Below are positions 55,992 to 63,966 of a DNA stretch of 64,000 nt, piece by piece. Under the pieces are notes generated by a model, which was given only the letters and a program-made list of their open reading frames with translations, made no database searches and was not told the DNA's origin. The stretch covers positions 62,001 through 126,000 of the IMG/VR virus record IMGVR_UViG_3300010430_000003; one strand, written 5' to 3'. The stretch's first letter is position 1, and each line of letters begins with the position of its first letter. Position numbers and translations under genes: made by a program.

Positions 55992-57188
55992 ATGGCAGAC
56001 CAAGTTTTTCATGAAATCTCTTTCTCGGAATTCACTCGCGTAGCACCGTACATTATTGACGCGGGTTATCCAATCATGCTTCGTGGGAAGCATGGAATTG
56101 GAAAATCAGAATTGGTTTATTGGCTTGCAGAACATCACTGCAAGCTTCCAATTGTTGAGCGGCGAGCTAGTCAAATGGATGTGGGTGACCTTGTTGGTCT
56201 ACCCGTTCTTAAAGATGGGAACACTGGCTTTGCTCCACCGGATTGGTTGGCACGAGCATGTAATGAGCCTGTTGCCCTTTTCCTTGACGAAGTGGATCGT
56301 GCTACATTGGAAGTAGCACAAGGTATTTTCGAACTTTGTGATTCTCGGAAGATCTACGGTAACACACTTCACCCCGGAACTAAGGTCTTTGCTGCTGTTA
56401 ACGGCGGCGCTTCTGGTTCACAATATCAAGTGCGCGAGATGGATCCTGCTGAGCTAGACCGGTGGTCAGTATTTGATGTTCGTCCATCTGTGGATGATTG
56501 GCTTGAGTGGGCTTCCAATTATGGAAAGGTTGAGAACATTGTTCTTGAGTTCCTTGCTGGTAATCGGGAGCATCTTGAGAATATCAACGAACATGACGCA
56601 AGCATTGTTTATCCCTCCCGTCGTTCTTGGGTGCGATTTGATCGCGTGCTTAAGCAGATTAATGATTCCGGGGGTGATTTCTATACCTTCAAGGGTTTGG
56701 AAAACATTGGATCATCCATCATTGGTCTTTCCGCTGCGGTAGCGTTCGGTGAGTTTGTTCGAACTTACAATACTGCTGTTACTTTCGAGGATGTCCTTAA
56801 AGGTAATAAAAAGAAGAAGTGGAAAGACTTGGATTTCGAGCAATACAACATGATTGGTCGTTACCTGAAACATCAAGCTCCGGAAAGCCCTGACTACTGG
56901 CGCACAAACGAAGTCGAACAACCAGAACCAACCTCCAGCGAAATGAACAATGTTCGTGAATTCCTGTTGGAGTGTCCTGACGAAATCCTGATTAACGTGA
57001 CGCGCCTCGCTCACCCAATGGTTTCATCAACCCTCACCTCTCCTCCCCGTACTCTTCGAAACAAAAAGCGCAAGAGTGCTAAGGACAAGAAATCTCTCAA
57101 GCTCATGGAGAGCCTTAAGACCAAAATGCGAGAGGCTTCTGTGTATATGGCCAATAAGGCTGACGAAGAAAAGGCTGAAAAAGAATAA
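55992..57188 (+). CDS. MoxR/AAA_5-type ATPase (second copy)
   Basis: GKHGIGKS, FLDEVDRA, AAVN, MDPAELDRW, PSRRSW. Confidence 0.9.
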   Translation: MADQVFHEISFSEFTRVAPYIIDAGYPIMLRGKHGIGKSELVYWLAEHHCKLPIVERRASQMDVGDLVGLPVLKDGNTGFAPPDWLARACNEPVALFLDEVDRATLEVAQGIFELCDSRKIYGNTLHPGTKVFAAVNGGASGSQYQVREMDPAELDRWSVFDVRPSVDDWLEWASNYGKVENIVLEFLAGNREHLENINEHDASIVYPSRRSWVRFDRVLKQINDSGGDFYTFKGLENIGSSIIGLSAAVAFGEFVRTYNTAVTFEDVLKGNKKKKWKDLDFEQYNMIGRYLKHQAPESPDYWRTNEVEQPEPTSSEMNNVREFLLECPDEILINVTRLAHPMVSSTLTSPPRTLRNKKRKSAKDKKSLKLMESLKTKMREASVYMANKADEEKAEKE

Positions 57189-57224
57189 GTTCGCGGAAGG
57201 TGAGGCCACCTATTTTAAGAGCCA

Positions 57225-57329
57225 TCGTGTGAGCTAGATCTGGGGTGCTTGTTCATTCATTGTACTTTGGGCGACATCTATTCGTTTCCTAAAGTCAGAA
57301 CAAGGCGGGGTTCAATTCCCCCACACGTA
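57225..57329 (+). ncRNA. tRNA-like RNA with an extended inner arm
   Basis: CGTGTG/CACACG acceptor-like stem, GGGG-TTCAATT-CCCC T-arm, CTTGTTC/GAACAAG and ACTTTGG/CTAAAGT inner stems. Confidence 0.6.
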
Positions 57330-57344
57330 CTTTAAGGAGGTTTA

Positions 57345-57689
57345 ATGAAGAAGTTAATTATTGTTGCATTGTTGTTATGTGGTTGTATAACAACCAAGAG
57401 TGTGGCAGATGAAAGAGCAGAAACAGTTGAGTATATCAATCAATCTTTAGAAGATGCTAAGGCAGAGAGATTCTTACTTGAAGTAATGTATCTGTGGGGA
57501 GAAGGTAAGCCCTTTTATGTTACGAGAGTTGATATTATCAATATAGCGCAAGATTCTGATGAGCAGCTTGCTTGGTTTTGTACCTTAACAACGATTGATA
57601 AATTATCAGGAGCAACAACATCTAAGAAGTTTTCTGTCCCTGTGGACCGTACATTTAGCGGACATAACTTTGTTATTAGTTGGTATTGA
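57345..57689 (+). CDS. putative lipoprotein
   Basis: MKKLIIVALLLCGC lipobox-like signal; RBS AAGGAGG. Confidence 0.7.
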   Translation: MKKLIIVALLLCGCITTKSVADERAETVEYINQSLEDAKAERFLLEVMYLWGEGKPFYVTRVDIINIAQDSDEQLAWFCTLTTIDKLSGATTSKKFSVPVDRTFSGHNFVISWY

Positions 57690-57694
57690 TCTTT

Positions 57695-57766
57695 TCGGAG
57701 ATCGTCTAACTGGCAAGACACAGGACTTTGAATCCTGCAATCTAGGTTCGAACCCTAGTCTCCGAA
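57695..57766 (+). tRNA. tRNA-Gln(TTG), CCA not encoded
   Basis: TCGGAGA/TCTCCGA acceptor, GTCT/AGAC D stem, CAGGA-CTTTGAA-TCCTG anticodon arm, CTAGG-TTCGAAC-CCTAG T arm. Confidence 0.95.
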
Positions 57767-57767
57767 T

Positions 57768-58022
57768 ATGAATGTGGAAAGAAATGTGCATATGGAAAAA
57801 GATATTAGAATAGCTCATTTTAAATATGATGTTAATTTGTATTTAGCTTCTCTTGTAATTTGGGAATATGGCATCTTCTACTACGGTCGCGTCCGCTCAC
57901 GACATCATAATTTATATACGAGTAGCATATTAGAAATTGACATCCCTAATATTTTAGGGACCCTTATGGTCATAGGGAAGTTCCCCAAGCCATTCAGAGA
58001 AATCAATAAATACTATGAATAG
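57768..58022 (+). CDS. small ORF with an hNxxh module
   Basis: DVNLYLASLVIW. Confidence 0.5.
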   Translation: MNVERNVHMEKDIRIAHFKYDVNLYLASLVIWEYGIFYYGRVRSRHHNLYTSSILEIDIPNILGTLMVIGKFPKPFREINKYYE

Positions 58023-58209
58023 AACTTTAGTATTAATTTTTGGTTTTGGTGTAGAGATTATATTAGTGCAGCTAATTCAATTAGCTTCTTACAAAGATAT
58101 GATTTGGTTATGCTATATTCTATTATTTGTAGTGCTGTTTGTTTGTATTTATTGGTGGTATAATTTCTGGCTATGTGTGGGATTTAATAAATGGCGAGAG
58201 AGAATCTAG
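58015..58209 (+). CDS. small membrane protein
   Basis: Two hydrophobic segments. Confidence 0.55.
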   Translation: MNRTLVLIFGFGVEIILVQLIQLASYKDMIWLCYILLFVVLFVCIYWWYNFWLCVGFNKWRERI

Positions 58210-58213
58210 TACA

Positions 58214-58254
58214 TAAAAAATTACTGTTGAAAAACTGTGATAGTTAACTATAAT
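58214..58254 (+). promoter_or_regulatory. early promoter
   Basis: TAAAAAATT-N4-TTGAAAAACTGTG-N5-AACTATAAT (TTGAAA-N16-TATAAT). Confidence 0.75.
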
Positions 58255-58290
58255 AGAAAAATGACAGGGTATTTTGAAAAGGAACTGTAA

Positions 58291-59778
58291 GTGAATAAAC
58301 CAGACGGTATTTCTAAAGAAGAATTCTTCAAGGAATTGGATAAGCTTGTTGAACTCGATAAGAAGGCTAAAAAGTATAGTCTTTCTAGAGATGTTCTTGC
58401 ATTGCTTAAGGATGAACCATTCTTTGCATGCGTATCTCGCTTTGTTACAAAAAGGCGAACAACCCAAATTCCAACTGCGGCGATTTATATCGACAAGAAG
58501 ACATTTCGCCCCGTGATGATTTACAACCCTCGCTTTATGGTTTCTTTGCCGATGGAACAACGCAAGGGAATTATTAAACATGAGTATTATCATCTGATTC
58601 TGAACCACATCACCCAGAATCGGATGGACTTCAATAAGAAGAACCAGAAGCTTTGGAATGTTGCAATGGATCTTGCAATCAACTCCTTTCTTATGGAAGA
58701 ACTCCCAGACTTTGCTCTATTTCCAACTAAGGGGATGTTTAAAGACATGCCAGCAGAGAAATCTTCTGAATGGTATAAACAAGCAATCCTTAACGACGAG
58801 GACGTGCTTGAGCAGTTAGGTTTAGATGAAAACGGTGAACCAAAGCCTTGTCCTAACTGTGGCGGGTCAGGTAATGTCTCATCTGATGAAGATGGTGAGC
58901 AACAAGGCCAAGGTAATGGTGGGGAGGAAGGACAAGAAGGACAAAGTCAAGGTGGGCATAGTCACGGTGATAGTGATCAAGAGTGTGACTGTGACAGTGG
59001 GCAGTGTTCTCATAACCCCGGAGAAGGTGGTGGAGGGGGAGGTAATGTAAAGCCATGCCCTTGTTGTAATAATCATGGCATTGATGATCATTCTTTGTGG
59101 GATGATTTGTCGGAAGAAGAAAGAAACATTGTAGAGAAAAAGATGCGGCGAGTTCTTTCTGATGCTGTCCATGAAGCAAAGCGGCAAAATAACTCCAAGG
59201 GTTGGGGTACTGTTTCTGTTCATGTTCAAGGGTATCTTGAAAAGCTTCTTAAGAATAGCCTTAATTGGAAAGGCATTCTGCGAATGTTTGTTCAAGCTTC
59301 TATCAAGGCTGAACGGTATTCTACCATTAAGAAAGTTAACAAGAGGTATCCATGGCTCCATCCGGGTAAGGCTCGTCGAAGGACAGCTAATATTGCTGTG
59401 GCTATTGATCAGTCAGGTTCAGTTGGTAATGTTCTCCTAACTAAGTTCTTTGCGGAATTGAACGCTCTAAGCAAAATTGTAACCTTTACTGTGATTCCTT
59501 TTGATCATGAGGTCTTTGAAGAAAAGGTCTATAAGTGGCAAAAAGGGCAAAAGTTTGAACCTCACAGGGTATTGTGTGGAGGTACTGATTTCTCTGCACC
59601 AACTAGGTATGCTAATGAAAACGGTCCGTTTGATGGTTTGATTATGCTTACCGATATGGAAGCCCCTGAACCTATTCCTGCTCGAATGCAGCGAATCTGG
59701 GTAACTTCTGAATCCTGTGCACGTAGTATGTACTACAAGCCCACCTCTGAAAGAGTTCTAGTGATTCCTGATGAGTGA
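58291..59778 (+). CDS. metallopeptidase + VWA-like protein (second copy) with a Cys/Gly-rich insert
   Basis: IKHEYYH, WNVAMDLAIN, DQSGS, GGTDF, LTD; insert CPNC...CDC...CPCC. Confidence 0.88.
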   Translation: MNKPDGISKEEFFKELDKLVELDKKAKKYSLSRDVLALLKDEPFFACVSRFVTKRRTTQIPTAAIYIDKKTFRPVMIYNPRFMVSLPMEQRKGIIKHEYYHLILNHITQNRMDFNKKNQKLWNVAMDLAINSFLMEELPDFALFPTKGMFKDMPAEKSSEWYKQAILNDEDVLEQLGLDENGEPKPCPNCGGSGNVSSDEDGEQQGQGNGGEEGQEGQSQGGHSHGDSDQECDCDSGQCSHNPGEGGGGGGNVKPCPCCNNHGIDDHSLWDDLSEEERNIVEKKMRRVLSDAVHEAKRQNNSKGWGTVSVHVQGYLEKLLKNSLNWKGILRMFVQASIKAERYSTIKKVNKRYPWLHPGKARRRTANIAVAIDQSGSVGNVLLTKFFAELNALSKIVTFTVIPFDHEVFEEKVYKWQKGQKFEPHRVLCGGTDFSAPTRYANENGPFDGLIMLTDMEAPEPIPARMQRIWVTSESCARSMYYKPTSERVLVIPDE

Positions 59779-60691
59779 TACTGTTGCATATGTTTCCTCG
59801 GTTATAAGAGCCTCCTCTTTTGATCGTTCTACTGGATATCTTTATAAGATTGATCTAGAAAGTGGTGAGATCTTAGAAAAATATGATTGGAATGGATCAT
59901 ATGAAGATTTCATGAATAACGAAAGAGGTGGCGAACGAGGCATAAGAGGGCTTGAGATTTATGACGGTAAACTCTATGCGGCAGTTAATAGAGGAATACT
60001 AGAATTTGATTTAGACCTTAATCTCATTCGCAAAGAAATCGATAGAAGATTCTTGGCAGGATTACATGAGATATGTGAATTTCAAGATAAACTATATGTA
60101 ACATCAACTGGCTATGATGGTATTGCAGAAGTAGACTTCAAAACTCTAAAAGTAGAGAAGATTTGGATCTTCAATAAGATTATGCAAAAATCAAGACTTC
60201 TATTGCATAATAGGCCCAAACTCAAGGACCAGTTTCATATTAATTCAATTTCTGCTTTTGCTGATAGGCTTGTTTATGGGAGTTCAAAGATGAAAGGTCA
60301 TTTAGATTTCTTTGAATTCAAAGAGATTCATCAACACCCAAAACCAAAAGGAACGTTTAAGCACAATACATATGAATATGAGGATTGTTATGTATCTTTG
60401 ATTACAAATAAAGAGGAGTTCTATTACTTCAATAAGAAGACTGGTAAACATAAATATATTCCTATCAAGTTTAGTGATCATGACACCTTCAAGACTAAAG
60501 AAAAAGAAGGGGTTGCTAAATACAATTGGCTAAGAGGTTTAGAGAGGTTAGATGAAGATAGGTTTGTTATTGGAAGTTCTCCAGCTAGGATTGGAATTTT
60601 CAATGTTAAAACAGAAGAATTGGAAAGAGAATTCTTCTTCTCTGATGATGTTAAAAATTGCATTCATGGTATAAAGCTCCTAACAGTATGA
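59771..60691 (+). CDS. beta-propeller-like hypothetical protein
   Basis: Repeated RG/HE/HIN/HN blade-like motifs (GIRGL, LHEI, HINSI, WLRGL). Confidence 0.65.
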   Translation: MSDTVAYVSSVIRASSFDRSTGYLYKIDLESGEILEKYDWNGSYEDFMNNERGGERGIRGLEIYDGKLYAAVNRGILEFDLDLNLIRKEIDRRFLAGLHEICEFQDKLYVTSTGYDGIAEVDFKTLKVEKIWIFNKIMQKSRLLLHNRPKLKDQFHINSISAFADRLVYGSSKMKGHLDFFEFKEIHQHPKPKGTFKHNTYEYEDCYVSLITNKEEFYYFNKKTGKHKYIPIKFSDHDTFKTKEKEGVAKYNWLRGLERLDEDRFVIGSSPARIGIFNVKTEELEREFFFSDDVKNCIHGIKLLTV

Positions 60692-60879
60692 ATATTAATC
60701 TTAAAATAGCTACTCACTTAACTCTCGAACAAGGTTTATCTCGTTCTAGTGCAGTGTCAGAGTGGATGAGGTTTTTTGAGTTGAGAGACTCTTATGTTAA
60801 GCCTACACATACAGGCGAGTGGGCACAGTTGATTGGGAGAAATAATTCACTAAGAATGTTACGTAAGGTGTTGAGGTAA
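60688..60879 (+). CDS. small ORF of the hNxxh family
   Basis: MNINLKIATHL; ATGA overlap. Confidence 0.6.
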   Translation: MNINLKIATHLTLEQGLSRSSAVSEWMRFFELRDSYVKPTHTGEWAQLIGRNNSLRMLRKVLR

Positions 60880-60881
60880 AA

Positions 60882-61205
60882 ATGATTTCTGAATTGAAAG
60901 GTCATGTACGCTATAAAGCAAGTTGGCTACTAGCGTTCGCCGTGGGTGATTTTCACTCACTTGTTAAAGATAACCGTTATGTTCTGCGGGATTGGCTTGG
61001 AACAGCAGACAGTACGTTAAACGATAAAGAGTGCTGGTTCATTAGAGATAAGTATCTTGGTAACATTACCATTGTCTCAGGACCAGAGGGTACATCCTAT
61101 AATCTTGCTTGGGATCATTATTCTGGAGATTATAGGGTTAACTTCAGAAACAAGAGTTGGTTTTATTTCTTTAAACGAATTCTTAAGAACATTGACAACA
61201 ACTAA
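60882..61205 (+). CDS. hypothetical protein
   Basis: RBS GAGGT. Confidence 0.6.
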   Translation: MISELKGHVRYKASWLLAFAVGDFHSLVKDNRYVLRDWLGTADSTLNDKECWFIRDKYLGNITIVSGPEGTSYNLAWDHYSGDYRVNFRNKSWFYFFKRILKNIDNN

Positions 61206-61227
61206 ATACTAACAAAGGAAAAGCAAA

Positions 61228-61878
61228 ATGTCAAACACCACTCCCCGCGAATTTACTCCTCGCACTGAAACTCTTCCTAACGGTGGCACTCGCACTGTTA
61301 CTGAAGATGGGTACATTCTTTACAAAGATTCCAAAGGTGAGTTGCATCGCGATCCTTCCGAGGGTCCGGCAGTAATTATTCCCGACATCTGTGTCGAGTT
61401 TCACATGAACAATAAGTTCCACCGATCGGTAGAAGATGGCCCTGCCGTTATTTGGTCCAATGGTGCTTATGAGTATCTTGAGGATAACAGTAGGCACAAT
61501 CCTAAAGGACCTGCCATCTGGACACCTTACAGCGAGAATGATCAGGTTGGCTATATCGTGAAGTTCATTCGCGATAAGAAAGTCATCAATGATGCTGAGG
61601 TTTGTGGCCCTTACTTCCTTGAGCCGGGAGATCAATACTTTGATCTCTTGAAAGAAGACCCTAATGATAATCACCTCTATCATGCTATTGAGGAGAAAGA
61701 GATTACTTACGAGGGTAAGAAAGTTAAGGACTTCTGGTTGGTGCAAACTCACGAGGAAGTTCGCTTGAGCCACCTTATCTTCATGACCAAGTGGGTTGAT
61801 TTGGATACTCACGAAGAGTATCGTCTTCCACAGGAAATGTACGATGCTATTGATTGGGAGCTTGACCGACTCAAGTAA
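61228..61878 (+). CDS. protein with HRxxxxGPA repeats
   Basis: LHRDPSEGPAVI, FHRSVEDGPAVI, RHNPKGPAIW. Confidence 0.8.
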   Translation: MSNTTPREFTPRTETLPNGGTRTVTEDGYILYKDSKGELHRDPSEGPAVIIPDICVEFHMNNKFHRSVEDGPAVIWSNGAYEYLEDNSRHNPKGPAIWTPYSENDQVGYIVKFIRDKKVINDAEVCGPYFLEPGDQYFDLLKEDPNDNHLYHAIEEKEITYEGKKVKDFWLVQTHEEVRLSHLIFMTKWVDLDTHEEYRLPQEMYDAIDWELDRLK

Positions 61879-61886
61879 TCGGTTAG

Positions 61887-61986
61887 ACTGGTAGGAAATA
61901 TGTTTAAGTTAGCTAAAACATGTTTGGCAGGCGTATATTATCAATGCATGGAATGATTATGCCGGGTTCGAATCCCACTACCAGTG
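61887..61986 (+). ncRNA. second tRNA-like RNA
   Basis: ACTGGTAG/CTACCAGT stem, GGG-TTCGAAT-CCC T-arm, AAATATGTTT/AAACATGTTT and GGCGTA/TATGCC inner hairpins. Confidence 0.55.
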
Positions 61987-62180
61987 TTGTTAATAAGAAA
62001 GTTGCAAAGTTGTACATGTTGCAATATTATTTTCAATATGTTGAAATTATCAAAAAATTTGATGGTGGCAGGGATTGTTATTTGGGGTATGCTAATAAAT
62101 TAAGTTATAAAGAATCTATCTCTTCTAAAATAATAAACATTGGACGATTAACACAAAAACAACAAAAGGAAAGAACATGA
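61986..62180 (+). CDS. hNxxh family module, start codon uncertain
   Basis: VVNKKVAKLYML begins immediately after the tRNA-like RNA. Confidence 0.4.
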   Translation, partial: VVNKKVAKLYMLQYYFQYVEIIKKFDGGRDCYLGYANKLSYKESISSKIINIGRLTQKQQKERT

Positions 62181-62530
62181 AATTTCGACACATTTACCTC
62201 TCTGATCATAATGAAAACCCAATGCCTGTTGCTACCATCTGTAGTGTTCAACATGAAGGTGCTGTAAGGTTTGCAATGGCAAGGTGCAACACACTAGACC
62301 AATTTGCAAAACGAACAGGTCGGAGAATCTCTCAAGGGCGGTTAGAAAAATGTAAGAGTCTTACAGGCTTCGCGTCACCCTTCACAGAAAGACTAGAGTC
62401 GCTCTTTAATAATGATTGCGCTCTCTTCACAAAAGAAGAAATCCCAGACCTGTTGAAAGCTCTTAAGAAGGAACTTTCTTTTAGGCACGACAAGACTTAT
62501 CGTGAGCTTGCACAGGAAAGGTCAATTTAG
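62177..62530 (+). CDS. hypothetical phage protein
   Basis: A.C...DQF.K..GR.I...R pattern; RBS. Confidence 0.7.
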   Translation: MKFRHIYLSDHNENPMPVATICSVQHEGAVRFAMARCNTLDQFAKRTGRRISQGRLEKCKSLTGFASPFTERLESLFNNDCALFTKEEIPDLLKALKKELSFRHDKTYRELAQERSI

Positions 62531-62571
62531 AACCACCCTTAATTTATTAATCTAGACAAACTCATAAGTGT

Positions 62572-62805
62572 ATGATGGAAGAAAAAAACAAAAGAGATCT
62601 TAAGAGAATTAGAGAAAAAGCTCTTAGAGATAGAGAAGTAGAAAAGGGTGTGCATGATGGGCGTATGTATACCAAAGTCCATAAAGTCAGAAAAGACAAG
62701 AACATTAACTATGAAGACGAAATGGATGAGTATTTTTGGGAAGAAGAGGAAATAGAAGAGCCTTCCGACGAAGAAGAAATTGAAGCATCACCTTGGAGAC
62801 GATAA
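62572..62805 (+). CDS. small basic/acidic hypothetical protein
   Basis: Basic N-half, acidic C-half. Confidence 0.55.
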   Translation: MMEEKNKRDLKRIREKALRDREVEKGVHDGRMYTKVHKVRKDKNINYEDEMDEYFWEEEEIEEPSDEEEIEASPWRR

Positions 62806-63008
62806 TGGATTCGTATATTAATATATTGATTCATTATCGTTTTTATGGAGACCTCCCAATGATACCTGAATTGCTGTATCAAAACTTTGAAATGGAACAA
62901 TATTCATCATCTATGTCTTCCTTTAATGAAAGCGAATATAAAGAAGACAACATATATTATGATTATGATCTTAACGGTTTAACTACATTACTGGAGACCA
63001 ATGCCTAG
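62805..63008 (+). CDS. small ORF of the hNxxh family
   Basis: MDSYINILIHYRFY; GGAG RBS; TAATG overlap. Confidence 0.6.
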   Translation: MDSYINILIHYRFYGDLPMIPELLYQNFEMEQYSSSMSSFNESEYKEDNIYYDYDLNGLTTLLETNA

Positions 63009-63582
63009 TCATTCATTTTGGTACACTGATACCAATGTTATTAAGAAAATATATGAGGTTTTTAACTATATTACTATCGATCCAACAACCTCCCCGGAAG
63101 CCAACAAGCGTGTCCGTGCTGAGTTCGTTTACACGATCGATGACTCATGCCTGACGACCCCGAAATGGCTTCCTGACGCCCCTGACGGCGCTGTGACGTG
63201 CTATATGAACCCCCCTTATTCTAAGGACTGTGATGGTACAAAACCCTATGTGGTTAAGCTATTAGAACAGCTAGATAAAGGTGTTGTTAACGCAGCTATC
63301 GTGCTTGTTAATTCATCTACTTCTTCAAGCTGGTTCCAGCTTTTAATGAAAAACAGTGAGCTTGTTTGTTTTCCATCAAAAAGGTTGTGTTTTGATGAAG
63401 ACCTTGATTACGTCAAGAAATATGTTGATCCCGAAGAGCCAGGGCATGGGCTAAAGACTGGCAAAGCTCCGAGATATGATAATGCTGTTTTTCTCTTAAT
63501 AAGTGACAGTTCATACAGTCATTATGCAGAGAACTTTATTGATTCTTTCTCCTCAATGGGTAGTGTATTAAAATTGGTATGA
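63001..63582 (+). CDS. phage N6-adenine DNA methyltransferase (Dam-like)
   Basis: WYT...IDP, YMNPPYS, WFQ, RLCF. Confidence 0.85.
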   Translation: MPSHSFWYTDTNVIKKIYEVFNYITIDPTTSPEANKRVRAEFVYTIDDSCLTTPKWLPDAPDGAVTCYMNPPYSKDCDGTKPYVVKLLEQLDKGVVNAAIVLVNSSTSSSWFQLLMKNSELVCFPSKRLCFDEDLDYVKKYVDPEEPGHGLKTGKAPRYDNAVFLLISDSSYSHYAENFIDSFSSMGSVLKLV

Positions 63583-63791
63583 ACTCTTCTACTATAAATA
63601 AATGGGTTGTAGAACGGTATGCTTCGTCATACACTTTTTGGCATGGCGCTATAATTGAAACAAACAAATTCACAAGTAGGGGCACTCGCACGAAAATTCG
63701 ATTTATTCAGATAGATGGAGAGTTGCGATATAAAGTTCTGAAGGCGTGGCTATCTTTATACAATCTTGTTGATGATAAATACAGAGATTAA
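63579..63791 (+). CDS. small ORF of the hNxxh family
   Basis: TINKWVVERYA; ATGA overlap. Confidence 0.6.
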   Translation: MNSSTINKWVVERYASSYTFWHGAIIETNKFTSRGTRTKIRFIQIDGELRYKVLKAWLSLYNLVDDKYRD

Positions 63792-63966
63792 TAGATTAAT
63801 AGTAGATAATTTGATTTGTGAATTATCAGGTTCGTGGAAAGTGTATGGATTTTGTAAATATAGTCGATTAACTTACACACAAATATTGGAGATACCATAC
63901 CCATACGTTATTATACATATTGGCAACATGAGAGAACTATATGAAAGACATGCTCATAACCGGTAG
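63772..63966 (+). CDS. small ORF of the hNxxh family
   Basis: EINRLIVDNLI. Confidence 0.6.
   Translation: MINTEINRLIVDNLICELSGSWKVYGFCKYSRLTYTQILEIPYPYVIIHIGNMRELYERHAHNR

Noticed and set aside
57225-57329. tmRNA or a Sec/opal-suppressor tRNA
   Set aside because: Only about 105 nt with no tag reading frame; the TCA at 57257-57259 is not in a properly closed 7-nt anticodon loop.
61920-61985. N-terminal part of ORF 61920-62180 as protein
   Set aside because: It overlaps the tRNA-like fold; MPGSNPTT is simply the translation of a T-arm.
63150-63200. Cluster of TGACG words in the methylase gene
   Set aside because: Irregular spacing and explained by the encoded residues; no support for an operator.
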